From IMG/VR virus record IMGVR_UViG_3300045912_000261, positions 1-64,000 of that record: a DNA stretch of 64,000 bases; one strand, written 5' to 3'. Source of the DNA: a virus. The position numbers and the translations under genes are program-made. Below, piece by piece: positions 55,045 through 64,000 of this stretch. The notes under the pieces are model-generated. The model ran no database searches and was not told where the DNA came from. It saw only the letters and a program-made list of their open reading frames with translations. Positions within the stretch are counted from its first letter, which is position 1. Every line of letters starts with the position of its first letter.

Positions 55045-56220
55045 CTACTTGATGCGGTAGTAAGCTGCCCGAAACGTTGTGTTATTGAGGTTGGCGTCGT
55101 TTACTTTGCCCACGAAGAACTGGATTTTCTGGCCGCTCGAAAGGTTCACGAAGGCCGAACAAGATACGTCGGTGTTGACTCCCGTCTGGCCATAGTTGGG
55201 AGCCCCAGCAGCGGCAACGATAGTTCCTGCAGGTGCTTGAATCCAGATGTACCCCCAATATGTCCCTGTGGCTGTGAGGGAGAACTGGTGGTTGCCCCAC
55301 AGTGAGCACATATAGTAACCCGGAGTAGTTGGCGTAACATCCCACACGAGGTAGGAGTTAGAACCTCCTGTCAGGATGGTACTCGAGAAGGTTGCAAACT
55401 CCGGAGGCTGCAGCTTGGCATACTGGATAGTGTCGTTAGCGATCTTGGCATTGGTAATAGTGCTGTCCTGGATCTTAGCAGCGGTTACGGCACTACTTCC
55501 CAGCTTTGCGTTGGTGACGGCCAAGTCTGCGATCTTAGCAGTAGCAACTGCCCCATCCTGGATCTTAGCCGTTGTGACAGTGGCGTCGGGTAGCTTAGAT
55601 GTGGAAACCGCCCCGTCCAGGATCTTGGCTCCTGTTACAGCGTTCGCCTGGATCATCCCCGAGCTGACACTGTCTGCGGGGAGAGGATCGTTTCCTGCGG
55701 ACATATGCGTGTGAGCGTGCTTCTCGTGCCCCGCGGTGGGCTGCACGTACACAATCTGTGAGGTGGAAGCGTTCCACGAAACGGTTCCAATGTTGCGGAA
55801 GAAGGCTGCAGAAGGGTTCCCCGCCGACGTAAGACGTGCCTCTAGCGAGAACGACCGATCGTTGTCGTTCGAGGAGGTAGTAGCAAAGATGTTGTAGATC
55901 CCTGTGGTGGGGAAGGTGCTGGGAGAGAACGTAATGCTCAGAGGACTTTCCACCAAACGCATCTTGCCGCCAATGTTAAGACAGGCCGCTGCGTTCCCAG
56001 TCCCGGCGGGGACGGTAACCGTAGTGGATCCCGGGCTCCACTGTAGAGCACAGTTCCAAGCGAGCCCTGCGTGGACCTCCTGGATCCTGTCTAGGAAGTC
56101 AGCAGAGACAATGGTCCCGGTCTCGAAGTCAATTTGTACAATCGGCACTGTTTCGCTCCTGCTGCTAGACGGGATCGCCTGCTGCGCTGATGTCAGCCAG
56201 GAAGGCCCCCTCAGCGGCAA
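55045..56220 (-). CDS. tail fibre protein
   Basis: repeated AVT.AKI.D units. Confidence 0.7.
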   Translation of the reverse strand: MPLRGPSWLTSAQQAIPSSSRSETVPIVQIDFETGTIVSADFLDRIQEVHAGLAWNCALQWSPGSTTVTVPAGTGNAAACLNIGGKMRLVESPLSITFSPSTFPTTGIYNIFATTSSNDNDRSFSLEARLTSAGNPSAAFFRNIGTVSWNASTSQIVYVQPTAGHEKHAHTHMSAGNDPLPADSVSSGMIQANAVTGAKILDGAVSTSKLPDATVTTAKIQDGAVATAKIADLAVTNAKLGSSAVTAAKIQDSTITNAKIANDTIQYAKLQPPEFATFSSTILTGGSNSYLVWDVTPTTPGYYMCSLWGNHQFSLTATGTYWGYIWIQAPAGTIVAAAGAPNYGQTGVNTDVSCSAFVNLSSGQKIQFFVGKVNDANLNNTTFRAAYYRIK

Positions 56221-57898
56221 GGACTACATTGATACCTGCTGGCTTAAGCTCTTGTACGAGCTCGGTCATAGCCCTATAGAGGGCATCACCTGGCTCGGCG
56301 GGCAGCCTGATAGTAACTGTGTACGTCGGGTAGGTGTCCACAATTCCAATATCCTGACCCGCGGGGGCGCCTACGGACTTGACGAATTCGGTCCTGGCCT
56401 CGTCGCTGAGTACGAACCTGCGCGCGACCACCAGGGCTCGACGGTCTGCCAACCTTAGCTCCGAGTACGATGGGAGGCCAAGTTGTCTCTCCCAGTCAGC
56501 AATAGCCCAGGTGACCTTACTGGGAATTGACTGGAAGACGCAATCTTCAAGCATCACGTAGATGTCCGCCAGAGCCTTGGCGTGGACGGTATATAGTCCA
56601 TTCCCGAGGGAGCTCTCCCTGAGGAAGTCGGGCATGTACAAACTGCGAAAACGTCCCACAACGTCGTGGACTGTCCAGATCCACACAAAGGATTCCTGGA
56701 AGATAATTGTGGGCCCCGTCGACGGAGCCGAGACTCTCAGGCGTAACGTGTACTGGACTCCCTGCTGGAAAGGGGGTTCGACCCAAAATCCGAACTTGCC
56801 AACTTTGTCCAGGTCGACTGTAGTTGTCATCCAAGAGCCGTGCACTCCGGAGATGATGAGCTGCCACTCGATCGTGCCATCTGTAATTGGTGCCAGAACC
56901 TCTCCAGAGACGCGGTAGCGTCCATTACCGACGGCTCCAGGCCGCCAGAAGGGATCGAGGACGACGTTGGAGACTTCGACGGACTCGTGGGTAACGTTTC
57001 CTAGTACCCACTCACCTCGGCCCTGCTGGTCGTATTGAAGCTGAACACCGTCTGGGAAACTAACCGCCGCCGAAAGTTCACCCCTACCCTCAATGAGAAT
57101 GTCGGCGGTTCCGACTTCGGCGGACAGCTCACCCCTGCCAGAAACGTTGGCCTCGAGCTCCGTCGGAGGGGTAATAACTGTGAACGGAGTAAGACCCCTA
57201 CGGTTGAGAAGGGACGGCGTTCTAGTGGGAGGCCCTCCTAAGGCGTCTGTAGGCGTTCCGTTAAGGGCCCCAACGTCACCGCTGCCTGACAGGTCGTAGA
57301 TCAGGGAGGTGTTCCACAGAGGCCGTGCATCCAAGACGCTTCTTAGGACGTAGCCCCTCCACATTACTGTCCTGAGCTCGCCCTCCGTGAGGGCTACGTC
57401 GTACCAAGAAACGTAGGCCAGATCCCCGCCAAGAGCGAAGCCGAAGCTGGGGTCGTTTCCGTAGTGCGGGCGAACACTTCCGGGCGTGAGGCCAGCTGCC
57501 GTAGGTGCAATACTGGTGGTTACAGTACGGCTCGTTGGCCAGGAGTCAACTGCTGGGTCAGAATGGTACACTGTGGGGGTGTTCGTCCCCACTTGAGTAA
57601 TGGCGAGGAATAGCCACTTTACGCCATTGCCCACATGGACCATGTTGGCCGCCGTTACCCACCAGCGGGCAGTCTCGTTACCCGTCTCTCTGTCAATGAT
57701 GATCCGGCCAGCCTCAGCTGAGCCAAAGTAGATGTCGATCGGGAGAGTGGACCCCTCCCCGAAGGACGTTACGTTTCGGTTCGCCGCGGCCGCATTCCAC
57801 CTGTACCAACAGCAGAAGGTCCAGTCGGAGGGCGCAGTCAGGTCCGCCGCAGCTCTGCGGACGGCCTGGGTAGAGGCTGCAGCGAAGTTTACTGGCAC
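56165..57898 (-). CDS. LamG-like domain fused to DUF2313-like baseplate domain
   Basis: N-terminal ConA/LamG-like; C-terminal TWAIADWERQLGL...RR, ELKPAGI. Confidence 0.6.
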   Translation of the reverse strand: MPVNFAAASTQAVRRAAADLTAPSDWTFCCWYRWNAAAANRNVTSFGEGSTLPIDIYFGSAEAGRIIIDRETGNETARWWVTAANMVHVGNGVKWLFLAITQVGTNTPTVYHSDPAVDSWPTSRTVTTSIAPTAAGLTPGSVRPHYGNDPSFGFALGGDLAYVSWYDVALTEGELRTVMWRGYVLRSVLDARPLWNTSLIYDLSGSGDVGALNGTPTDALGGPPTRTPSLLNRRGLTPFTVITPPTELEANVSGRGELSAEVGTADILIEGRGELSAAVSFPDGVQLQYDQQGRGEWVLGNVTHESVEVSNVVLDPFWRPGAVGNGRYRVSGEVLAPITDGTIEWQLIISGVHGSWMTTTVDLDKVGKFGFWVEPPFQQGVQYTLRLRVSAPSTGPTIIFQESFVWIWTVHDVVGRFRSLYMPDFLRESSLGNGLYTVHAKALADIYVMLEDCVFQSIPSKVTWAIADWERQLGLPSYSELRLADRRALVVARRFVLSDEARTEFVKSVGAPAGQDIGIVDTYPTYTVTIRLPAEPGDALYRAMTELVQELKPAGINVVLAAEGAFLADISAAGDPV

Positions 57899-57901
57899 GA
57901 G

Positions 57902-58360
57902 TTAGACTGCGTAGAGGAAGACTGCATCGGCGAGGATTGTGTCCACTGCCAGCGTGTCGTTGGCGTGAGCCCCCTCGTGGTGGATCTCTACGAGGAGGAT
58001 GTCATCCGGCGCTGCCCCTGTAACGGAGAAGCTCACGTCCTTTCTCCTGAGGGCTGTGGTGGGTACCGTAACATCCTGTGCTGCCACACCTGTAAGGGTG
58101 GGATCAAGATCCTCTCCGTCAGCCACGAAAGCATACCCGATGCTGAGTCTCGTAACTCCGCTCGCGGCGTTAGCCATGATGGACAGCCTAACGGTCCCTC
58201 CTGTAGCGTAGTCGTCAGGGATCTGGCACTTTCCCCTCCACTTACCCGAGACGTCCTTCCTAAAGTGGGGCAAGAGCTGCAAGAAGTCAGCTCCCGCCGG
58301 ACCGACGTAAGCGTTGCCGTCGGTCGACGGCGTCGATACGTCGATTGGGACTAGAGGCAT
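57902..58360 (-). CDS. virion structural protein, hypothetical
   Basis: tiles tail operon; RBS AAGGAG. Confidence 0.5.
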   Translation of the reverse strand: MPLVPIDVSTPSTDGNAYVGPAGADFLQLLPHFRKDVSGKWRGKCQIPDDYATGGTVRLSIMANAASGVTRLSIGYAFVADGEDLDPTLTGVAAQDVTVPTTALRRKDVSFSVTGAAPDDILLVEIHHEGAHANDTLAVDTILADAVFLYAV

Positions 58361-58434
58361 TTCTCCTTCCTCTGGGTAGAGGTTAGTACTAGGATAGAGA
58401 GAGTAGTACTCGGAGTAGGCATCCTACCTAGAGA

Positions 58435-58860
58435 TTATGGGTTGACGATGAGGCGGAAGACTAGCTTGCCGGCACCGAATACCACAGGGACGTCTTGGGT
58501 GGTCGCCACCGGGGCGTTCGTTAGGTCGGCGAATCCGAAGAAGTTACCGCCAGACGAGGCGTCCCAGAGCGCTGCACCATTGAGGTTGCCCCAGTTGCCA
58601 CCTGTAGGTGTACCGTGAGTAATCGAGTTCGTGTTGGACACCGTCGCCCCAGACTGGGTCCAGGAGGTTGCCCCGTTGATTGTTAGCGCCTTACGAGCGT
58701 AGGCGTTACCCGAGACCTCAGTACCACCAGTACCCGCATCGCTAGTCGGCGTCACGGTGTACAGAGCAAGATACAGCGTACCGGGAGGTGCCCAATCCTC
58801 AAAGTTGAAGAGGTGGCGTACAAGCTTCTCCTTCAGGTACGCACCTAGCTGCGTTGCCAT
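58435..58860 (-). CDS. tail-associated structural protein
   Basis: LYLALYT..P......G.EVSG..YAR...W......LWDA.SGGN pattern. Confidence 0.65.
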   Translation of the reverse strand: MATQLGAYLKEKLVRHLFNFEDWAPPGTLYLALYTVTPTSDAGTGGTEVSGNAYARKALTINGATSWTQSGATVSNTNSITHGTPTGGNWGNLNGAALWDASSGGNFFGFADLTNAPVATTQDVPVVFGAGKLVFRLIVNP

Positions 58861-58876
58861 CTACTTCCCTTTCTGC

Positions 58877-60931
58877 TTATGGTCCTGACACCCATCCGGT
58901 GCCGACAACCCACCTGACACGCCCTTCCTTCTGACCATCTACGATTAGGTAAGGACGCGACACATCCCGCACGCCCAAACCGTCGCAGCAGGTGCATCCT
59001 TCCACCTCGGGGAAGTAAGCCACCCTAAGGGCCGGAGGCACCGTCCCGCCGAGCTCAGCGTCGACTTGCCAGTCACCCCTACCAGAGAACGAGACGTCAA
59101 GCTCGGTCCCACCAGGCTGCGAGGGAACATTCTGCACGACCCCGAAGACAGACCCCACAAAGTTGTCTGTAGTACCGCTTCCAAAGGGGTCTGAGGGGCC
59201 ATCTGAATAGACGTCACTGTTGACGAGCAGTCCCCCCGCCACGGAGTCGAAGGAGTACTGTACCTCACCGGTAGGCGTACCCGATCGGAGACCTGAATGG
59301 AATCCTAGCAGGATGTCTCCCCCCGAAGGGGGACCCTTGATGGGTGAGGCGACAGTAAACTCAACCCACTGCTCGGCCATGTTCTCTGCCAGCACCCGCT
59401 CGTTCGAAACTCCCAACCGGGCGGCCGTGTTGGCGTTGTACACAACCACCTTGATAGGTTGCGTCGACGAACCTGTTCCAGAACCCCTCATACGGGCCCA
59501 GAAGGTAGTAAACTGCTTGCCTGCAGGCATCGTAAACCGGAAGGCGCGCTTGGCGTCCGGGGACATGCCCTTGAAGCCTGTCGTCCCGGCCGGGAACTTA
59601 CCAACCTTCTCCGTTCCCGGAGCAGGATCGTCACCAGGTTGCGGAGGCGGTGGGGAGGCTGCTTGAGGCTGTGCCGAGATCTGAGCTGGACTGGAGTAGG
59701 TACCTCCGGCACGAGTGTATACCGAGTAGTAGTACGTTGTACCGTTCGTCAAGCCCGTGTCCGTGTGACTAGTTCCCGTGCTGTCGTAGATCGTGGTTCC
59801 GTCAGCTGGGGAAGTCGAGTAGGATCCCGTCTTCCGGACGATGACGATAGAATCCCATGTTCCACCAGGATTCGTCCACGACAGCGCAACTTGTGTATCC
59901 CCTGGAGTAGCTGCTAGGTTAGTTACGGGCGAAGGCGGAGACGGCGTCGATCCCCCAGGCTGCAGCTGCTGCGGGCCGTACCCGATGGATGGCGAGTTAG
60001 AGGATAGTCTGTAGTCCCCTACGGAGGGGTTGACGAACAGTGGGTCGGTGTTCTGTAGGTTGCTGGTTGTAAACCCTCCGCTGGAGGAGTTGATTCGCCC
60101 ACCGGAGCCCGAACCTTGGTAGACGTTGGAATCCCGAACAACGTTACCCACCCCTGCGGGTGAGCATCCCCAGTAGGACTCAACCAAGTACCTGCCTGAC
60201 CTAGTGCAGTTCATCAGGATGGACTTCTCGACGATGTTGCGGTCGGATGAGTAGCACCCTGTGAGGCCCGTGGAGGAGTCGTTAGCCCCCGAGAAAGTAA
60301 TCCCGGCGTTAACGTTGGCTGCGGTGATCCTCTGGACCGTGGTATCATCCCCGTTGTTGTAGAAGTGGAAGCACCAGCCGTCAGTGATTTCGTAGAAGAG
60401 GCAGTCCTCCACCCTGGTGAACTGGCAGTTCTTGATGTACAAGGGGTGGTCGTGGTTGTTTCGGGAGGGGTCTCCGATAAGGCGGAAGCGGATTCGCCTG
60501 AAGATCACATTGGAGGTGAACCGAGGGGAGCCGATGGTAAAGAAGATCCTCCCCGGGAAGCCATCAATGCGGTTCATGCACACCAAGTCTTCGAAGATGC
60601 AGCCGTCTCCGTTGACGAGGCAGGTCCCCGAGGCTTCCGTAGACACTGCACCGCTCCAGCCGAAACCTCTGAAGACCGAACCTCCACCTCCTGAGTTGAT
60701 GGAGAATCTGCCCTTAAGGCGGACGGAGACCGAACTCATAGTGTGTCCGTGGGTACCGCTTACGAACATCCCAGGGGACCAACCATCCCCTTCGATGATG
60801 ACTCTCTTGCCGATACTGAAGAAGCCTGACCCCAAGTTGTGCTCTCCTGGCAGCAGTAGGAGAGTGTCCCCGGAGGCCGCCGCTGAGTACTGGGATGAGA
60901 ACGTCCCCGGAGAGACGGTAAGAACTGCCAT
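58877..60931 (-). CDS. beta-helix plus fibronectin-III receptor-binding protein, paralogue of 51496-53031
   Basis: closely similar N-terminal domain; FN3 V.L.W...TDTGLTNGTTYYYSV. Confidence 0.7.
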   Translation of the reverse strand: MAVLTVSPGTFSSQYSAAASGDTLLLLPGEHNLGSGFFSIGKRVIIEGDGWSPGMFVSGTHGHTMSSVSVRLKGRFSINSGGGGSVFRGFGWSGAVSTEASGTCLVNGDGCIFEDLVCMNRIDGFPGRIFFTIGSPRFTSNVIFRRIRFRLIGDPSRNNHDHPLYIKNCQFTRVEDCLFYEITDGWCFHFYNNGDDTTVQRITAANVNAGITFSGANDSSTGLTGCYSSDRNIVEKSILMNCTRSGRYLVESYWGCSPAGVGNVVRDSNVYQGSGSGGRINSSSGGFTTSNLQNTDPLFVNPSVGDYRLSSNSPSIGYGPQQLQPGGSTPSPPSPVTNLAATPGDTQVALSWTNPGGTWDSIVIVRKTGSYSTSPADGTTIYDSTGTSHTDTGLTNGTTYYYSVYTRAGGTYSSPAQISAQPQAASPPPPQPGDDPAPGTEKVGKFPAGTTGFKGMSPDAKRAFRFTMPAGKQFTTFWARMRGSGTGSSTQPIKVVVYNANTAARLGVSNERVLAENMAEQWVEFTVASPIKGPPSGGDILLGFHSGLRSGTPTGEVQYSFDSVAGGLLVNSDVYSDGPSDPFGSGTTDNFVGSVFGVVQNVPSQPGGTELDVSFSGRGDWQVDAELGGTVPPALRVAYFPEVEGCTCCDGLGVRDVSRPYLIVDGQKEGRVRWVVGTGWVSGP

Positions 60932-60934
60932 TAC

Positions 60935-62566
60935 CTAGCTCCCTGCCGTGAGGGTGATCGTGCCCGCCAGAGGCCTCTCGCCTTCAGCCAGCGTGAGATT
61001 AGCTGCCGTAAGCGCCTGGCCCGTCCTGGCAAGCTTCACGTTAGCGTAGTCCACAACCCCAGGGAAGTCGTGAATCACGTTGGCAATGTAGGAGAGCCTG
61101 ATGACGCCCTCCCCAATCGGTAGGTTCCTGATTGCGTCCGCGATTGCCTTCTTGAGGTCGTCCTGAATGTCCGACAGCATGAGGCCCGCGTCCACGTAGA
61201 TGCTGGCCTCAGCATCGACCTTCGTCGCCTTCGCAGAAATAACGGTAACCTGAATACCGATCGGGGCTTGTCCCTCACCATGGCCTCCTGCCGTGCTGTA
61301 GATACGCAGTCCGTCAAGGGTGATCGAGGCGGCTCCGGAAGCTGTTGAGGTGAGGGAGATACGGATGGAGCCGATGCTGGACCAACTGAATGTTCCGGTG
61401 GTCGTGAAGCTACTCCGTGCGATCTCCAACCGGCCCTGTCCCGTACCGCCCCCGAGTCCATCAATTGTAGCGCCCGTGATGGTTGCCTCCGTCAGGCCTA
61501 CACCTGTCCCGCCAGGGTCGATGAAGGCAACCTTCAAGTTGGACACTCGGCCGGTTTGGGCAACCTTCACGGATAGGTGGATCTCGTCAGCTGCATCGTC
61601 CCAAAAGCCTAGGTTAAGAGTCTTGGTAAGCGTCGTAGTAACAGTCTGGCTCGCTCCCGCGGTGGCCAGAATACGAGACTCCTCACCCTCTAGCGGGTTG
61701 TTTACCTCCGTCGTGACGGACGCTCCCGACCAAGCCTCCGCAGCTTCAAAGTGAGCTAGGGTCAGCACGCTGGGGTCGAAGTCAGCTTGGATCTCGTCAA
61801 CCACGGAGGGGGCCACGTGGATCGTATCCCGCCCGCTGAGGACGACCCTAGCCGTCCCGTTTCCTAGCCACAAGTCCTCTACGCGTACCCCTCCCACGGC
61901 AATGTTGTTGAGACCCAGAGCAACATACGTGGCTTTGTTTCCAGAGGCGGGCAGCTGCCCCGCTCGGGTGAGTGCCCTGAACCGCAGCTCCTCGTCGTCC
62001 TCAACGTCAGTGCCACCCTCAGCCGCGTCGGGGTTGTTGACATCTGTAATGCCTGGGAGAGGGTCTACGATTAGCACGATCGTGTCGGGGTCTACGTTGG
62101 TGTGTGCCCCGGGATCAACGGAGCGAGCCTCGACAAGTACTGTGGTCTGGCTCGGTGCAATGGTGTAGGGACCGTTAATCACCTCGAACTCCACACCCGA
62201 GCTGCCGACGGCAAAGTCACCCTGCGTCGAGAACCGCGAACCGTTATTGATAACCGCACCCTCGTCCCCAGTCACCAACAGTGTAGCCGTGGACTGGGTT
62301 GCGGGCCTTCTCGTAAGACCAAACTCGGCGGCCTTGTCATCGAGTGCGTTGCCGATCGCGTATAGAAGGAAGCCCATAGTAAGGGCGTCCTCTGAATAAG
62401 AGTGGAGACGCTGGATCTCTACTGCGATCGGCATAAGCACGGCATGGATAAGGGAGCCAGCACGGGTGTTCCAGGAGCCTCCTCCGGCGGGCGGAGGAAG
62501 GTCCTCCAGGAGCCGGAGGTAAATGTCCTCCGTAGTCTCTCCTGGGAAGATGGGGGAAATGGCCAC
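60935..62566 (-). CDS. baseplate J-like protein with internal insertion domain
   Basis: A.G.ALD..A...GLTR..AT, GGTDVEDDEELR.R, SGN...Y, PGVVD. Confidence 0.85.
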   Translation of the reverse strand: MAISPIFPGETTEDIYLRLLEDLPPPAGGGSWNTRAGSLIHAVLMPIAVEIQRLHSYSEDALTMGFLLYAIGNALDDKAAEFGLTRRPATQSTATLLVTGDEGAVINNGSRFSTQGDFAVGSSGVEFEVINGPYTIAPSQTTVLVEARSVDPGAHTNVDPDTIVLIVDPLPGITDVNNPDAAEGGTDVEDDEELRFRALTRAGQLPASGNKATYVALGLNNIAVGGVRVEDLWLGNGTARVVLSGRDTIHVAPSVVDEIQADFDPSVLTLAHFEAAEAWSGASVTTEVNNPLEGEESRILATAGASQTVTTTLTKTLNLGFWDDAADEIHLSVKVAQTGRVSNLKVAFIDPGGTGVGLTEATITGATIDGLGGGTGQGRLEIARSSFTTTGTFSWSSIGSIRISLTSTASGAASITLDGLRIYSTAGGHGEGQAPIGIQVTVISAKATKVDAEASIYVDAGLMLSDIQDDLKKAIADAIRNLPIGEGVIRLSYIANVIHDFPGVVDYANVKLARTGQALTAANLTLAEGERPLAGTITLTAGS

Positions 62567-62575
62567 GAGCAGCTC

Positions 62576-63067
62576 CTAGATCCCAATGGGCAAAGAGGCC
62601 TGGAAGGCCAGCGTGGCGTCATCATCCAAAATGACGTCAAAGTTGATAGTTAGCAATCCGTCCTGGGACAACTCAAACTCTACGTTGCGGATAGAGTCAA
62701 TCCTGTCATGCACCAGCAAGGCATCCTCGATCATTGCTGGAATCTCGGACGCGATCTCCTGCGGCCTCTGAGAGCCTCCCAGGAGCTCGTGGAGATCGGA
62801 CCCAAACTCCCCAGGGTAGATTACGGTGGAGCCCCTACGGGTGATCAGAGCCACGGTGATCCACTGTACAAGAGCCTGTGCTTCATCGGCTTGCTGGAGC
62901 CAGTTGCTAGGGCTAACAGCGAAGGCCCCTCGGATGAAGTCGAACTGCAGGTCCTTCCCGAGGTCCTGAGGCTCCTCAACCTCAAAGTCCTCGAATGCGC
63001 TCTCAGCATCGGTAGGCTCCGGTGCCAGGCCGAAAACTTCATCGTCCGGTACAAAGTTGGTGCTCAT
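62576..63067 (-). CDS. baseplate wedge protein (DUF2634/XkdS, gp25-like)
   Basis: FDF..G.F, QWI..AL.T.RG...IY...FGS, IEDALL.H.RI. Confidence 0.75.
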   Translation of the reverse strand: MSTNFVPDDEVFGLAPEPTDAESAFEDFEVEEPQDLGKDLQFDFIRGAFAVSPSNWLQQADEAQALVQWITVALITRRGSTVIYPGEFGSDLHELLGGSQRPQEIASEIPAMIEDALLVHDRIDSIRNVEFELSQDGLLTINFDVILDDDATLAFQASLPIGI

Positions 63068-63999
63068 GAACCCGCAACCCTAACGGGTGTAGCTGAAATC
63101 GAACGCTCCGTCCACCAGGCTCCGTCACCGGAGTCCTGAATCTTGTACTTACAAGTAAGCGTAACAGCGCTGAGGCCCGTCTTCCTCTTCTCCCTGTACG
63201 AATGAAAGGAGGTGTGGGAGAACGTGCCCGAAGGGCCCGAATGAGTATCCAAAGCATCGGTGTCTGAGGCCGCAGTCGCTCCAATCTGGTAACTCATCCA
63301 GTTTTCCTTGTTAGCCGTGCTGGAGTGAATGCGCGCCCCGATTTTGACGTCGTAGTCGCCTGGAAGGGGTAGAGTGATGGAAGGCCCGACAGTGGCAAGA
63401 TCACCGTACCCCGTCGCGGTGCGCTGCTCGCTCGCTGCCACAAGGGCAGATAGGGGAGGACCCCCAACAAAGGCCCAGGGGTAAGTAGCGTTAGGGTCGT
63501 AGCAAACCAGGTGCCAGACAATTCCGCTACCTACATTGTAGAAAACCGTTCGCCCTAGGGTAGGTGTAGGGAGACTGGTAACCAGGCTAGGGTGCTGCGC
63601 CCACTCGACATCGTGATCCGTACCACTAACCTTTCGGAGCACTGCTCCGGTGGACCCTCCCGTGGGAAGACCTACGGGAGGGGTAGTCCAGCCAACATCG
63701 AAGTTGGTGGCACTAGACTTGGTGAGCATCTGTCCCGTAGACCCCCCGGCAGGGAGCCCCGCAGGCGAGGCCGTCCAGGCAATATCGTAGTCGGCAGCAC
63801 TGGCTTTCGTAAGGACGTGGCCGTTAGCTCCCCCTGCAGGGAGTGGCGTCAGGATTCTTGAGGCCTCCTCGTCGGTTAGCTTGCCCACGACGGCCCACAT
63901 CTTAGCTGTCAGCTGCAGTAGCAGTACCCGGTCGCCTCTCTTAGGGTTGTACCCGTCAGCCACCCAGATCTCATCGCGGCCGATCAGGTTAGTATCCCC
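63064..63999 (-). CDS. baseplate/tail-fibre protein, 5' end outside window
   Basis: GDRVLL motif; three LP.GG..G..L.K.S..D.D..W repeats; frame stays open to the window edge. Confidence 0.6.
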   Translation of the reverse strand, partial: GDTNLIGRDEIWVADGYNPKRGDRVLLLQLTAKMWAVVGKLTDEEASRILTPLPAGGANGHVLTKASAADYDIAWTASPAGLPAGGSTGQMLTKSSATNFDVGWTTPPVGLPTGGSTGAVLRKVSGTDHDVEWAQHPSLVTSLPTPTLGRTVFYNVGSGIVWHLVCYDPNATYPWAFVGGPPLSALVAASEQRTATGYGDLATVGPSITLPLPGDYDVKIGARIHSSTANKENWMSYQIGATAASDTDALDTHSGPSGTFSHTSFHSYREKRKTGLSAVTLTCKYKIQDSGDGAWWTERSISATPVRVAGS

Positions 64000-64000
64000 C

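Overview
64-kb segment of a GC-rich tailed phage, probably a contractile-tailed phage of an Actinomycetota host (Rpf-like transglycosylase, actinophage-type HicA-like domain, baseplate J and DUF2634-like wedge genes). Positions 1-45.6 kb (+ strand) hold early and replication genes: Toprim primase-helicase, ATP-dependent ligase, RuvC-like resolvase, intein-containing SNF2 helicase, PD-(D/E)XK nuclease/AAA/SSB trio, UDG-fused family A DNA polymerase, a sigma factor and nucleotide enzymes. This part also has a 7-deazaguanine cluster (queC, queD, queE, folE, TGT/DpdA-like) and a Ro60/TROVE gene preceded by five Y-RNA-like elements and a tRNA-Leu. Positions 45.7-64 kb (- strand) hold tail, baseplate and lysis genes. 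Four things stand out. (1) 26 reading frames, mostly 24-90 aa and in overlapping tandem arrays, end in the same tripeptide D-W-F-stop (one N-W-F). (2) queE is broken by a 5-nt and an 8-nt insert inside its two most conserved motifs, each with take-off/landing-like codons, which suggests double programmed ribosomal bypassing. (3) A polar ~25-bp dispersed repeat (core GGTGCC(C)G) occurs at 9 loci, including in frame within the polymerase. (4) The multi-copy Y RNA array. All family assignments come from motifs recognised by eye; no database searches were run.
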